A stretch of DNA of 64,000 nucleotides from Geosiphon pyriformis uo1 (taxonomy: Eukaryota > Fungi > Glomeromycota), in contig JAAOMT010000591.1 of NCBI GenBank assembly GCA_016748015.1, forward strand, positions 959,007-1,023,006, in the 5' to 3' direction. The notes under the pieces are model-generated. The model was not told the origin of the DNA. It was given only the letters and a program-made list of their open reading frames with translations, and did not search any database. Positions 12,740 to 28,847 of the stretch are shown here, one piece after another. The first letter of the stretch is position 1; each line of letters opens with the position of its first letter. The translations under genes were made by a program, and so were the position numbers.

Positions 12740-15255
12740 TTATTCTTTATATTTATCTTTTATGTATTCTTTGCATTTTTCTTTTGTTCCTTCAGGATGT
12801 TCCAATTGCCATTCCAACACCCATTGCTGGTACTCTTTAAAACCTGGTCCCATTCGTATATCCAGTAGTTGGATGATTTCTTTACCCTACAAAATTTTCA
12901 TTTACTTTAACAAGATAGAATTTTTAAGAAAACAACGAACAATTCTTACGTTAATAATAGGCTTGATTTCGTAGGCGTCTTGCAAGCCTAACTCTCTAAT
13001 TCGATTTATCAGTTTATTGAATCTTTGGATCATGTGCAGACTATTTTCATTTAAAGCTTCAAAAGCCAGAAAGAAAAATTTGATTGAGATTAGAAATGAA
13101 GATTAGAAATGAAGATTGAGAAACCACAACAACTTACTCGGCTGATATTCAATATCTTTTCCCTTCGGCAATAGCTCTAATGCTAGTCCTAAAATTAAAG
13201 CCATTGGCCATTTATCTCCAATTTTTCGTATCAACAGACCTATTAAAAAAAGTTAATCAATCCAGTTACGTTCTTAGAAAATTCAAATAAGATAATGATT
13301 ACCGAGGTAAACCCTATCCAAAGGAGTCGCTTCGTTTTTGATTGCAGCCGAGTTTAGTGGCCCCATCGCATCAAATAATTTAGTAATATTATCAATGTCG
13401 GAATTTGGTAGCTGAAAAATCCAAGTTAAAATTCAATAATTCATATTTGCTGAGTGCCAATGATTATAATGAAAGGGATTGCCAAAACCTTTAAGCTTTT
13501 TCGAATAATTGAAGAAACAGCTGGAACTTCTCTTTTACCATCTTGTACAACCACATTTAAATAAGGAACTAGAATTGATGCAAGATACAATGATCTGACT
13601 TCTGCCAATGGTCGAATGGAAATATCGGGATCAAGGGTGCTTTCACCTGACGAAATTAACCTATTAACAAATTAAAGAGTTTAGAAGTTACCTTTTTGCT
13701 CGGAGAAGCAAATTATTTATTCTCACCATTTTAAGATTCTGGAGACATTTACACCCATAATTGGTTTATGAATAATTCCAGAAATTATTGTCGTTTGAGA
13801 TGGTGGAATGAATATAATCTCATAAAGATTGAATGATTGAATGAGTTCAAAAGAATGTAGGGGATCACTTGCTGGAATGATCGGATAACTATTAGAGTGG
13901 AAAACAATCAAAAGCAAAGGAATATTGTTCACGGAGTATACATACCTTTGATCATTTTATCAATCTCTATTCCCACACGTTCTCTACTAATCTTTGACAA
14001 CAAAGCCACCTTTAATAGACCAAAATATGAATAAGGGTTTAACAGCCATGTACAACCCGGGATATAAAAATTGGTTTCACCCTTATAACTTCATTTTTAA
14101 CAGTTTCTAATATTTCATCCACTATACTGAAATGAAATCGACTAGCGAAACGTATACATCGAAGGACACGTAGGGGATCGTCCAAGAATGTTTGATATGC
14201 GGGAAGCGGTGTTCTAATCAATCCAAGCGACAAATCCTCAAGACCCTGCAAAAACATTAACCGGTTCAATGATTCTTAAGGGGATTTTTGATAAACGTTA
14301 ACAGTAAAATCTGTTATCATAGAAACAAACTTTTTCTGTGAAATCTTCAACTTGTCGCGTATGTATATTGTAGAATAATGCGTTGATCGTGATATCCCGA
14401 CGCAATGCATCTTCTTTTGGTGTACCAAAAACCTATACATAAGGTTAGATTTAATAGATAGACGCACCATAATTCATTTGATTTTTTCAAAATACTCACG
14501 ACTTTCTTCGGGATTCGACTATCCTCTTGATAGACTTCACTCCTTAAATTTACAAAATCTACTTCAAGCCCTAATACTTTTGTTGCGGCGGTCTGCAAAT
14601 GTTTCGATCTATCAGGATTTTTTTCAATTTTGCCTATTGAACTTACTGGGTAGTTGTTTTCACAAAGATACTTGTTCACAAGTTTGGCAAATTCAAAACC
14701 CATCATTAAACTAAGGGCCACATCAAGATCATTACACTCTAATCCGAGAAGCTGATATATTGAATTGAAAAATCAAGACATTGAGGAAGACTAAAGTTAA
14801 AGAAGCCCACTTTAAACGTACAGAATCATCAATAGTTTTGAGTAGAAAAGGCTCACTTTATCACGAACCCATCCACCAGCAATTCTTAAAGTTAAGTCGG
14901 CCATTTCTGGTTTATCTTTTTTCAACAATTCAGTAACATCAGTCAAGATATTGCATATTTTTGTTTCCTGTTCTGTCAAGAGGATTTTCATATCCGTTTT
15001 TACTATACGTGTATTGTTAAGAGGTCCATAAGAAATAGTAGTCGAAGGACCTGCTGGAAGAGTGTCTTTTGACCCAGAATAGGGTTTGTGCCGAAATTGT
15101 GGCAAAGACTTGTTGGTCGGGTCGGACGGCAGTTTGGCAAACCTTGTAGGAATAATTTTGGAAATAAACAGTGGCCAAACTCTAGCTTTTGGTTTGTCAA
15201 GTTTGCTCTTTAATCTTCTAGCTTCAGAATAAAAGTATTGAAAAACGCGTTTCAT
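12740..15255 (-). CDS. CCA1: tRNA CCA-adding nucleotidyltransferase (multi-exon)
   Basis: LRIAGGWVRDKLLG, DLDVAL, NPDRSKHLQTA, VDFVNLRSEVY, DALRRDITINALFYN, TFLDDPLRVLRCIRFASRF, C-terminal EWQLEHP. Confidence 0.95.
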
Positions 15256-15482
15256 TAGCTTTAGCTATCAAAGTTTCGTCATCGTAAATAGTCCGCTAAA
15301 ATCTTCTTTGGCCAATCAAAATTTTAAGAAAATGGATCAAATTTTCTTGAAAATTTGGCCCTTGAGCCCTGACTTTGTTGGATTTAAAGTGACCTTTGAT
15401 TCCGATTTTTTTTAAAACATGCTGCGCATTATATGTTGAATTCTTATTCTCGAGGACTAGTCACATTTTCCCTTTACCCAAG

Positions 15483-16494
15483 ATGCAGTGGCGAGTATTC
15501 AGTTCATTGTCAAACTCCTTGCATAGTGTCAACATTAAAACTAAAATTTTCTTGTGCACAAATCATAAGTCACGTCTACTTCCCAATGAAAACTTGAAAA
15601 TTTCGCGTCTTAATGTTACTTTAAATTCACTTCTCGGAAAAATGTCTTCACAAAGCTTTTCTCATTCAAGATTCCTTTCTAGTGATGAAAAGAATAAAAA
15701 TGATAAAAAACACACATTAGACATCAAACCCCAAAAAATGGACCGTGAGCTCCTATATATTGGCCCATTAGGTAGAACAGTCAAACAATTTAAGTGGTTC
15801 TCATTTTTGGTGGGGTCTTGCGGTTATGCCCTTACCCCTTACATACTTGCTGTGGGCAAGGAACCTGTGATTGGGAGTATTTTAGGTAGGTTTTTATTCA
15901 CGAAGCTTTTGATTTTAATTTTGGATCTGACTAGTTCCAATTAATTTGAAAATGCTTGTCGGACATGATTTGTATTATTCTTCCCTGATCCCAGTTGGAA
16001 TAGCTTCTCTAATCCCAATCATTTTGGTAAATTTCGTAAGCGCCCCCTACGTGTCTCGCTTTTATATTGAGATCCCGCGTAGCATTCGTCTAAGAGCCAG
16101 GAAAGCCTCATTCAATCCGAAACTCTTGTCACCTGAAAACGGTGATCCTTTTCTCATTTTTGAACGTTACGATTGGTTGGGCAGGTTATATGAAACACGG
16201 GTACCGCTAAGCGAATTGCAAATGAATAAAAGAAGCTATCGAATGGCCTTGTGGGAACAAGTCAAAAATAATGGGGATAAAGGTACAAGGTTGAGTCACA
16301 TGATTTCAGCAGAGGGGTTGTTTTTTGTGGAGAAAAAATCCTTAAAAGAGGATACTTACACAAGTGCATTGCTCGATTGGATCGAAAATAATTCTGAATG
16401 GTATGTGAAAAGAAAAATTCAGGAAAAAGCTGAGCTAGAACAATGGGTGCGCTATACAGAGCCACAGGCAAAACAGAATGCTAAAAAAGATTAA
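15483..16494 (+). CDS. TMEM70-family mitochondrial inner-membrane protein (2 exons, intron ~15886-15994)
   Basis: Basic Ser-rich presequence; LLYIGPLGRTVKQFKWFS and PIILVNFVSAPYVSRFY resemble TMEM70 motifs; two hydrophobic segments. Confidence 0.65.
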
Positions 16495-16559
16495 AAGCTT
16501 TATGATTTATCTTTTTGCCATTTTTTTTGTAAAATTTTTCCTAAATGATATGATCATTT

Positions 16560-17000
16560 TAATTCTAAAGTAAGGACTTGGTTCAAAGAACAGAAATTCT
16601 TAAATCGACATTTAAAGTTAAAAAATACAGTTTAAAATTTTCATAAATACAAGCTTTGCATTTATTAAATCCTTATTGTTTTATATACTATTTATATTTT
16701 TTGTTAATGTTTTTGTATTTTTCAAATTTTTATGAAAATCACAATAATAATTTATTAAATATTAATATAAAAAATTTTAATACATTAAATTTATTATTAT
16801 TATAAATTAATTATTGTAATTACCAAGAAGCTGTTAAAAAAAAAACTTTGAGTTTTTGTAAAGTAGTGGAATTAATATTAATTAAAAATAAAAACTTGTA
16901 ATTTGCTAAGCAATATTAATTTTTTTTAACCATTTTTGTAAAAACTTATTTCCGTTTTAAAAAATAAAGAAATTAAAATGACTTGTCCAAAAGCTCGTAA
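16560..17000. other. Small AT-rich desert (probable eroded repeat)
   Basis: Same low-C/G texture as the larger deserts. Confidence 0.5.
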
Positions 17001-17333
17001 TTGAAAAAATTGTTCAGCGTGTGAATATGACATAAGGTATAGTTGGGATAACTGCATTGCATCCCAGTTCAAATTTTTTGAATCCAATCTATATTCCACC
17101 TAATCAATCTAATAATTATTATTAGAAAGAGAGTGTTTGCTACAATTCATAAAGCAACCTTAATTAATGAATTAATTAATAATTATATTTAGTTATCATT
17201 GTCATCAAAACTGCAGAGCCCAAGACGCAGCGTGAAAGAGAAGTTGGTAATAGCTGCATTTTGGGAAAAGGCTGATATGCATTTGATTGATAAGCATGAC
17301 CAAGTAATTAACTGATTAGTATTTTTATTTATA

Positions 17334-17346
17334 GAAAAATTTTTCA
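17334..17346. promoter_or_regulatory. RRPE-like element upstream of NOP14
   Basis: gaaaaatttttca (TGAAAAATTTT on the minus strand) about 20 bp before the ATG of a ribosome-biogenesis gene; weak in an AT-rich genome. Confidence 0.3.
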
Positions 17347-17367
17347 GCGGCACAATTTTTATCTGTC

Positions 17368-20300
17368 ATGACGAAAAAGCAAAAAACTAGTAGTGGAGGG
17401 TCAACTTTGAAACGGCTGAAAACTTCTTTAAAAGAAGCAGGGTTAATAAGATCGGGGTCCCAGCATACAAGTAGCAAAAAAAGCCGCAAGGGAAAACCTG
17501 CGGGACCTGGGAAATCCATTTTGCAAAACAAGTTAGAGTCGGACAACCCCTTTGAAATCAAAGTTACTCGCGAGAAACATGTAGTTTTAGGCAGAAAAGT
17601 GAAGGGCGTTAGAGGACGGCCCGGGCTTAACAAACACATAGGGAATGAGAATGTAAGGCCATTTTATAGTTGGAATCCTCACGCATTCATAATTATAGAT
17701 TCATATTTATGCTCAAAAATTCAAATGATGCATACCAGCGTAAGAAAACTATTTTAGTAGAATTAGAGAAAAAGAATAAAGCTGGTGGCGTTATTGATCG
17801 CCGTTTCGGTGAGAATAATCCTCACCTAACACTAGAAGAAAAAATGTTGGAAAGATTTACTAAAGAACGACAAAATCGCAGAAGTACGAGATCCTCATTA
17901 TTTAATCTTGAAGCGGATGAAGATCTTACTCATTATGGGCAATCATTGGCCGAAATTGATGATTTTGATGGGTTGGATTTTGGGTTGAGTGAAGGTGACG
18001 AGCATGGAATCGATAAGGGCTTTATTGATCCCAAGACAGTGAGCCAAAATCATTTTGGGGGATTTGCGGAAGAAAATGAATCACATATTCCACTTCAACG
18101 GATAAAATCAAAAAAAGAAGTAATGGAAGAAGTGATTGGAAAGAGTAAAATGCACAAGTACGAAAGACAACTTGAGAAAGAACAAGATGAACGTGTTAGG
18201 ATTGAATTAGATGAAGAATTGAATCAGATTCGTGGGTTGCTTACCGTATCTTTTGAGAAATCGCAAAATGATGCTTTACCATATAAAAAGTCTGTCCAAA
18301 TATCGCCATTTTCAAAAAGACCTCAACGTGAGTCTCAACAAGATGCATATGACAAAGTTGTGCGTGAATTGGCGCGTGAGAAACGGGCAAAGCCAACTGA
18401 TCGACTGAAAACTGAGGAGGAAATAGCATTTGAAGAGAAAGAAAAATTGGAAAAATTAGAGGTTGGAATTTAAATCCCTACAAAAAAGTCCTATTCAATG
18501 ATCTAAAATGTTTACTTTGCAAATGATCTCCGATAACTGATCCTGCCTGTGGATTTAGCGTATGCGAAAAAGACGCATGGAAGGATTAGATTCCGAGGAA
18601 GACGAAGAAGAAACTGTTAAAGAGCGCAAACGGCACAAACGGGCTCCTGTCGGAGATGATTTGGACGACGATTATATTTCTGAAAATGATGATAATGATG
18701 ATATGTATGGTCTTGGAAAAGGGATAAGCGTTCGAGATTTTCAGAAAAACTCACAGAGTAATTTTGAGGATGAAGAAGATGATGATGACGATGATGACGA
18801 CGACGATGATGACGACGACGACGATGATGACGACGACGACGATGATGATGACGACAATGATGATGATGATGATGATGACGACGACGATGATGAAGAAGTC
18901 TATGATTATGATTATAAAAGGGAAAACCAAAAAGAGGCGGATGATGAAGTTGCTTATAAAGTGGAGGATGTCCAAAATGAGGAGAAAGGTAGAGCGAAGG
19001 GTGTTGAGATTGGTTATGAAATGGAGGAGGAACATGAGGAGAATGATAATGAAGTTGAGAATTTAGGGAATCTACCAAGAAAGTTAAAAACAAAACAAGT
19101 GAAAAAAAACACTAAAAACATCTTACATGATATTTATAACGTTGAAAACCCTCCAAGATCTTCTAGCGCAAAGCGAGATGATTATGAGGATGATATTACT
19201 GATTTTGAATTTTGTGAATCTGCCAATGAGTGGGTGCAAAAGAAAAATTCGGGGAAGGAAAAGGAGTTACCGTATATTTTCTCTTGTCCGAGGACTCTCG
19301 AAGAATTTAATTCATTATTGGAGGGCGTAGGAGATCTTGATGTGGTAACAATAGTCCATCGTATCCGAGTAATTCATCACATTAAACTTGGAGCTGCAAA
19401 TCGGGAGAAACTAGAGGTTGGTTTATCTATTTTATAGATACATTCTGCAATAATTATTTTGCTGATTCTTTCTACTAAATCCTGTGTACAGGTATTCTTT
19501 GGAGTTCTGTTAGATTACATAAGTAACAGGACAATGGAGACCTCCATTCCTATGGAACTGCTTAATAAGCTCATTAAGCATATTTTTGAGCTCGCGCATC
19601 AAATCCCCGAAAGAGTGACTCAATATTTCTTGGAACGTCTGTCCGATATGGGAAGCCGTCTGGCCAAATCAATAGGATCGTCAGGTGTTAGGAATTTCAA
19701 GGCGATTTTTCCAACCGCTACTGATCTCATTTTTCTGAGAATAATTGGACAGATTTTTCCTACATCGGATCTTCATCACCCAGTAGTGACACCGGCAATG
19801 ATATTGATGGGTCAATATCTCACCCAGCATACCGTATTGAATGGAAGAGATTTAGTTAGTGGATTATTTATATGTAATTTATTCCTCGAGGTATTTTATT
19901 CAACACTTGGTTCTTTGTTTAATAACAATTATTTGTCTCCACATTTTATTCATAAGTTGTTTTTTACAGTATCAAACTCAATCGAAGCGTATATGCCCAG
20001 AGGCACTCAATTACCTTAATTCCTTACTCGTTTACCTTGCCCCACCGAATACCTTTGCCTCCACACATTTTATTCCTGGCTATTTTCCTATAATGCGTGG
20101 TTTGATCACCGATTTTCAAATTAAGAATTCAAAGTCTATTAATCCGGAACGGTTGAATTTTTCGGAACTCATATGCAGTTCGAGTCGAGAAGGAAATAGC
20201 GGGAATGGTTCTATGAAGAACGACTATCTGGATGAAACCTTCCGGTAACTCTATTCTGTCAAAATCTTATTGTGTATTTACACGTAATTAATAGCTTCTA

Positions 20301-20998
20301 ATTTATATTCTTGACTGTTTCTTACAGCGTCTCGGTACTTTTGGCAACCTTGCAACTTACTGGGCAATATGCCAAATTGTACAGTCCGACATCCGCATTT
20401 ATCGAACTTTTCACCACATCCCTATTTTTATTGGAGCAATATCCGAATGAAGATTTCTCCGGAAAAATACAAGTAATAGTTAGCTCTTTAATCGCTTGTA
20501 ATAATTAAATCAATCTAAAAGAAATTTCTCAAATATAGAGCACATTAGCATCCATAAAAGATATACTACAACGTTTATTGAAATTCTCGCATCAGTCTCG
20601 TCGGCCCCTTACTCTACAAGATCATAAACCTATTCCGCTCACCACTTATATCCCGAAATTTGAAGAAAAGTACGCAATATATAATTATTCTTCGTCTCCT
20701 TTAACACAAATCGCTTACTTTTGAATTTTCCCAATCTTCCAAAAGTTATTCGTTTGGGTGCAAAAACGATAAAGATAGGGAACGCGCTGAAATGAACAAG
20801 CTCAAATCCCAGTATAAAAAAGAGCGTAAGGGAGCGATTCGCGAATTGCGTAAGGATAGTCAATTCATTGCAAGGACAAAGTTAGGTAAAATTAAAGAAC
20901 AAGATGCCGCATATAAGAAAAAAATCAACTCAATATTTGGGATTCTTGACACTGAGCAACACGAAAAAAAGGTTCTCCAGAGAAATAAGAGAAAGTAA
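17368..20998 (+). CDS. NOP14: Nucleolar protein 14 (multi-exon)
   Basis: NPFEIK, RKKTIL...GGVIDRRFGE, LTLEEKMLERF, LTHYGQSL, KSKKEVMEEVI.KSK, AKPTDRLKTEEE, FPTSDLHHPVVTPA, KKERKGAIRELRKD. Confidence 0.96.
18768..18897 (+). repeat. GAT/GAC trinucleotide tract encoding poly-Asp inside NOP14
   Basis: About 40 near-consecutive GAY codons. Confidence 0.95.
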
Positions 20999-21175
20999 TT
21001 GACCCTTTATCTCGGAATGATGAAATTTGAGTTATTTGATCTACATTGCAGAATAGGTACAAATCAAGAACATCTACGCGATTAAAAAATAATAGCATCA
21101 AAATTACATTGAATTGACAATCAAATAGTCAAAAGAAGTACTTATTATTGATAAACTAGCTTGGCTAACTTATTA

Positions 21176-22201
21176 CTATTTTATTTTGCTTTTTTTATTT
21201 CCCTTACCATGGGTGGGTGATTTAATTTTATCATTTCCACTCGATTCTTTAACATGAGGGGAAGCTACTTTAGTATTATTACTAGCTTCAGTGAGCTTTC
21301 TTCTCTTTGGATCTTCAATATTTTCAGAATTAGGCCTTTTTCGTTCTTTTATAGGGGGATCCATTTCTAGCTTGATAGATGAATCACCAATTCCTTTTTC
21401 TGATCGCCTTTTCTCGTTTGGAGATGTAGCCTTTTCAGAAATCATTTTGGGTTGGTCCTTAGGAATTTTTGGCTGTTGGCCTTTTTTCCGGGACTTTTCC
21501 GAAGATGCAATGTGAGATGAAGTTTCTTCATCATCACTGCTACCCGATTTTGATTGTGATTCTGATTCTTCAGCTTCAGATGATTCCGCTGATTCTCCTG
21601 ATTCTTCAGCTTCAGATGATTCCGCTGATTCCCCTCTAGCCTCTGATTCCTTTGGTTCGGTCTCAGATTCTTCGTCCGAACCTTCAGATTCTTCTTTTAC
21701 AATCTCACTCTTAATTTCCTTATTTTCCTCTTCATTTATGTTTGGAGAACCTCCCTTTCGCTTTGAAAGGTAGATTTGAACTGCCTTTTGACGCTTTCGA
21801 GTCTCGCGTTCATGCATCTTTTCGTATCGTTGTTTGTCCTCATCTGTTAAATCCCTCCACATCTCGCCCACTTTCGACATAACCAAGGAATTCTTCCACT
21901 CTGGATTCTCTTCCATGACTTTAGGACGAACCTCGTTACAATAATAGATGTAAGCGTTCGGCACCTTTTTCGGGAAGTTTGGATCTTTTCCTTTGTCCTT
22001 TTTCAGTTTTTTGTTTTTTTGGTTGGCTTTAGAGGCTGCTATTGCTTCTTTGAGGAAATCAACCGCCATTGTGAAGGCTTGGGAAGAAACTTGAAAAGAT
22101 TGAGAGGCCGCCTGGAACGATTGAGTAGCAGACTGTAAAGAGAGGGCCGCATTCTGTAGAAGGGCAACAAATCGTTCAATTTCACTATCTGAGAAATTCA
22201 T
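21176..22201 (-). CDS. HMG-box chromatin protein (HMGB/Hmo1-like), intronless
   Basis: KDPNFPKKVPNAYIYYCNEVRPKV..ENP...VGEMWRDLTDEDKQRYE box; N-terminal amphipathic helix; acidic then Lys-rich tail. Confidence 0.85.
   Translation of the reverse strand: MNFSDSEIERFVALLQNAALSLQSATQSFQAASQSFQVSSQAFTMAVDFLKEAIAASKANQKNKKLKKDKGKDPNFPKKVPNAYIYYCNEVRPKVMEENPEWKNSLVMSKVGEMWRDLTDEDKQRYEKMHERETRKRQKAVQIYLSKRKGGSPNINEEENKEIKSEIVKEESEGSDEESETEPKESEARGESAESSEAEESGESAESSEAEESESQSKSGSSDDEETSSHIASSEKSRKKGQQPKIPKDQPKMISEKATSPNEKRRSEKGIGDSSIKLEMDPPIKERKRPNSENIEDPKRRKLTEASNNTKVASPHVKESSGNDKIKSPTHGKGNKKSKIK
21562..21631. repeat. 36-bp tandem duplication in the HMG gene (ESAESSEAEES x2)
   Basis: ctgattcttcagcttcagatgattccgctgattc at 21562 and 21598. 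Confidence 0.9.
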
Positions 22202-22228
22202 GATGTATAAAGAAACAAAAAAAAGTTA

Positions 22229-22250
22229 AACGCGAAAAACAACGCGAAAT
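22229..22250. promoter_or_regulatory. Tandem ACGCGAAA (SCB/MCB/E2F-like) sites upstream of the HMG gene
   Basis: aacgcgaaaaacaacgcgaaat 30-50 bp upstream of the minus-strand ATG. Confidence 0.4.
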
Positions 22251-22706
22251 ATCTGATTATTTGTAATACATAAAGCTCATTTTTGATGGGCAGATGAGTG
22301 GCTCGCAGCCTATTTGATTTGGTCATGATTAGGCACCATTTAAATTTCACTTTTTAGCCAACAGAGGGGCTAATATCGAAATACTATTATAAAGAGAAAC
22401 CCTCGTTATAATTTTATCTTTACAACAAAAAATTCTAATAATCGGTTTACAAAAGAGGACAACGGACGGAAAAAACCCTTTTTTCAAATTTTCTCATCCA
22501 CAAATCGACATCCAATTGGCTGAAAGAAGAGGATACATTCGTCAGAATTGCGATTCAAGGATCCGAATATATCCAATACGAATTTTAATTGTGACCAAAC
22601 AAATAATGATGTCTATTTAAATTAAAGCAAATATTTGTGTGTCATAAGTTGTTTTCTATTGGAAAAGTTCCTCATTTCAAGCATGGGAAGTTCTTGACTC
22701 GTTCGA

Positions 22707-25235
<2,529 letters not shown>

Positions 25236-25329
25236 GATTTCTTGCAGTTGAATTGTCAACTTTTTTGTAAGTGATTTTTTATGCCCTGGACCCAAAAAAT
25301 CATGCAATTCTAAATTTAGAACGTTTTGA

Positions 25330-26660
25330 TTAAAAATGAGATGTATTTGTTAACTGTGAACTAGCCAGGAAAATAAACAAGATATTAAGAATGAAAACTT
25401 TATATTGTTAAATATTGTTAAATGTAGTTAAACACATAATATTAATAACTTTTAGTTGTATTGTTTTTAAATTTAAGTTTATATTAATATTATAAGTTAT
25501 TTTAAATTATTTCAGTATTTTGCAAAGTAATTATGTAATTTTTGTAATTCGTTAATTTATATATATTTTTAAATTAATAATTTAATAAAAAACTCTTTAT
25601 TTCTTGTATTTTTATGATTACAATTAAAACATAAAATTTTTTATTTTTATAAGCTTTTTAATAAAATAATAAAAATAAAAATTTAATAATATTACAAAGT
25701 AAAAATAATTTTTTAAAACCAAAAAAAACCAATTTAATTCATTAAAATTAAGTATTAAAGTATTAATTAAAAATAATTAAATTTAAAAAAAAGTAATTAT
25801 AAATGAATTTGTTTTTTTAAATAAAAATATATTTTATTATTTTATAATTAAAATCAATATTTTTAAAATAAAATATTTAATTATAAGATATATTTTTCCA
25901 AAAAAAAAACTTTTTTTTATATATTTAATTATAATATTATTTGAAGTTTTAATACTTTTTTTGCTTATATTTTTATAAATTTTTGAAAACCAATTGTATA
26001 TTTTGTTTTTTTTTGTTATATTATAATAAAATTTTTAAATTATATTTATTGATTTTTATTAAACAAATATAAAAAACTACAATATTAATATTAATTATTA
26101 TTTTTATAAATACAATAATTTTTTAAGTTATATATGTTTTTTTAAGAATTAAGTAATTAATATTTAAATAATATTTTTTTGCTTTTTTATTAAATTAAAC
26201 TTTTTTTTATGTTTATATATTTAAATTTAATTATTTTGGTATTTTAATAAAATTTTAATTTAATTTATTAATATATATTTTTTTGTTGTTGTTGTTTTAA
26301 TCATTTTTAAAAAAAATTTGTTTTTAAATAAAACTCAACTATTATAATATATGTTTTATAGTAAATATAACTTATGTGCTTTCTATATTGTTTATTTATA
26401 ATAACAAAATCATCTTGGATCAAGTTTGAAAAAACAAATAATTATATATTTTTTATTTAATGAGTGTTTTTTTTACACGTAACCAGCCATTCAAAATTCA
26501 AGTGTACTGTATTTTTTATATAACTTGTTTTTAAAAAAAATTAAAAACTTTTTCTTTAATATTTAATTTAATAATATATTTTAACATTATAATGAAATCA
26601 ACTTTGTTTTAAATGTTTTAATAATTTAAAATAATTTAAAAGAAAAAAAAAGTATTTTAA
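25330..26660. other. AT-rich desert between divergent RIO2 and RPN6 (probable eroded transposon)
   Basis: Very high A+T; surviving C/G mostly in AC/GT, GC and CCA/TGG; no recognisable ORF. Confidence 0.65.
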
Positions 26661-26777
26661 ATTATCATATTTTTACTATCATAAAATCATGCAAGATGGC
26701 CAAGATAATATATTAGGACTGTTAATGATGTCACTTACACATTTAGTTTCTTCCAAAATATCGCTTTTCCCTTAATC

Positions 26778-28847
26778 ATGCCTTCAGTTTCAAGCTTAAA
26801 GCAGGCTGAAAACTTTGCAGAATTGGCACCCGAAAAGGCCGAAGAAATATATAAAGACATACTAGGACAAGATGCGAGTTAGTCTCAAATTACAACACAA
26901 TCACACTTGGCAGTCATTTAAGACCGGAATTTTGCTCTTTACTTATCTGGATCACTTTTTGTCTCATGCTTAAAGGCAATGATCAAATTATAAAGGAGCA
27001 AGAACAAGCACTGGTTAAACTTGGGGAGCTTTATCGTGATCATAGGTGATTTTTAAAATTGGCAAAGTCCCGGTTTGGCCTTGGAAAACAAGAACTTACT
27101 TTAAAAACTGGTTTTCTTCTCTCGCTGTTAGAAAACCACAAGAACTATCCGCCTTGATCCGCTCTTCTCGGACCTTTATGGCTTCAATTGCTCGTGCGAA
27201 AACCGCGAAAATCGGTATTTTAAACTTTTTTTTCTTAATCTTTTTCAAAAACACTTAAAAGGATGACATGTCTTACAGAAATGCATGATTGATCTAGTTA
27301 AAAGCTTAATTGATCTTTTTTCCGAGATACCGGAAGGGCTACCTCTACAGATTGAAATTTGCAAAGAGACGATTCAATGGAGTGTGGAACAAAAACGTAT
27401 ATTTCTGAAGCAGTCGCTAGAAACGCGTTTGGTGGCCTTGTATGTAAATTTTTCTTCATTTTGAATTCTATCTTTTGGATTCATCTATTTTCTGATTTCT
27501 GCTTTAATATCATTAGGTATCTTGATAATAAGATGTACCATGATGCTCTTACCCTCATTAATTCTTTGCTCAAAGAACTCAAACGTCTAGATGATAAGAT
27601 GATGTTAGTGGAGGTTCAATTGTTGGAAAGTAGAGTATGTCATGCCTTGCGGAATCTACCAAAATCCAGGGTAAATGACTCTTTCAAATGCTATTGTTTG
27701 GTCTCTTTCAAATTTCCATTTACATTTTGTATTGTTACTTTTTTTCTTCCAAGGCTGCCCTCACGTCCGCCAGAACATCTGCTAATGCTATATATTGTCC
27801 ACCACTACTTCAAGCTGCCCTTGATATGCAATCGGGAATATTACACGCCGAGGATAAAGATTACAAAACTGGGTAATACGTTAAAATTTCTCTATTTTTA
27901 AGTTTTTTCTGTAATTAATATCTGTTTTCATTTTATAGATACTCGTATTTTTACGAAACACTCGAAGGTTATTCATCACAAGACGATTCCAGAGCTGTTT
28001 TAGCATTGAAATATATGCTTCTCTGTAAGATTATGTTGAATCTGGTGAGTGGTTTCAATCTCTTTAGTCAAAATAGAGGGGTTGGAGAAGTTACTTGCGA
28101 AGAAAATGGCTGCCTCAATGGTTCGAAATTTCTGCCATAAATTTAATTGGAAAAGTCGGAGGACGTCCACGCTATCATAAATGGAAAGATTGCCCTCCGA
28201 TATGCTGGGCGCGAAGTTGATGCTATGAGAGCAGTGGCGACTGCACATCAAAATCGTTCATTAAATGAATTTGAAGTGGCCCTTGCGACATACAGAGACG
28301 GTAATGAATTTTTAATAATAATTTGTATTTATTTAAAAGTTAACCCGATTTTCTTTTTGAAAGAGCTCGGAAATGATCCCATAATTCGATCCCACCTCGC
28401 GGCTCTTTATGACACGTTGCTTGAACAAAATCTCGTTCGCATTATCGAACCATTTTCAAGGGTAGAAATTGTACATGTTGCGGAAATGGTGAAGTTACCC
28501 ACTTCCCAAGTTGAAACAAAGTTGTCGCAAATGATATTGGACAAGGTCTTTCATGGAATTTTAGATCAAGGAGCTGGGTGTCTAATTGTATTTGATGAAC
28601 CGCCACAAGATGTATGACATACGAACCTGAACTTTTTTAAAAAAAAATTCCTTTAAGTAAATAATTTCTCCATTGATTATTCATTAGAAAACATATGAAG
28701 CAGCCTTAGACACACTCAAACAAATGGGAAATGTCGTTGAATCACTATATGAAAAGGTATTTTTCTGGATACTCAACTTGAAACAACTGTTGTTGCCGAT
28801 AATTCATACGGTATTTTTGTCATTACCAGGCAGCCAAATTGTCTTGA
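26778..28847 (+). CDS. RPN6: 26S proteasome lid subunit Rpn6 (multi-exon)
   Basis: [90 protein letters not shown] (PCI domain). Confidence 0.97.

Noticed and set aside
18617-19093. His/Arg-, Ile/Val- and Met/Thr-rich ORFs
   Set aside because: Alternative-frame readings of the NOP14 poly-Asp repeat.
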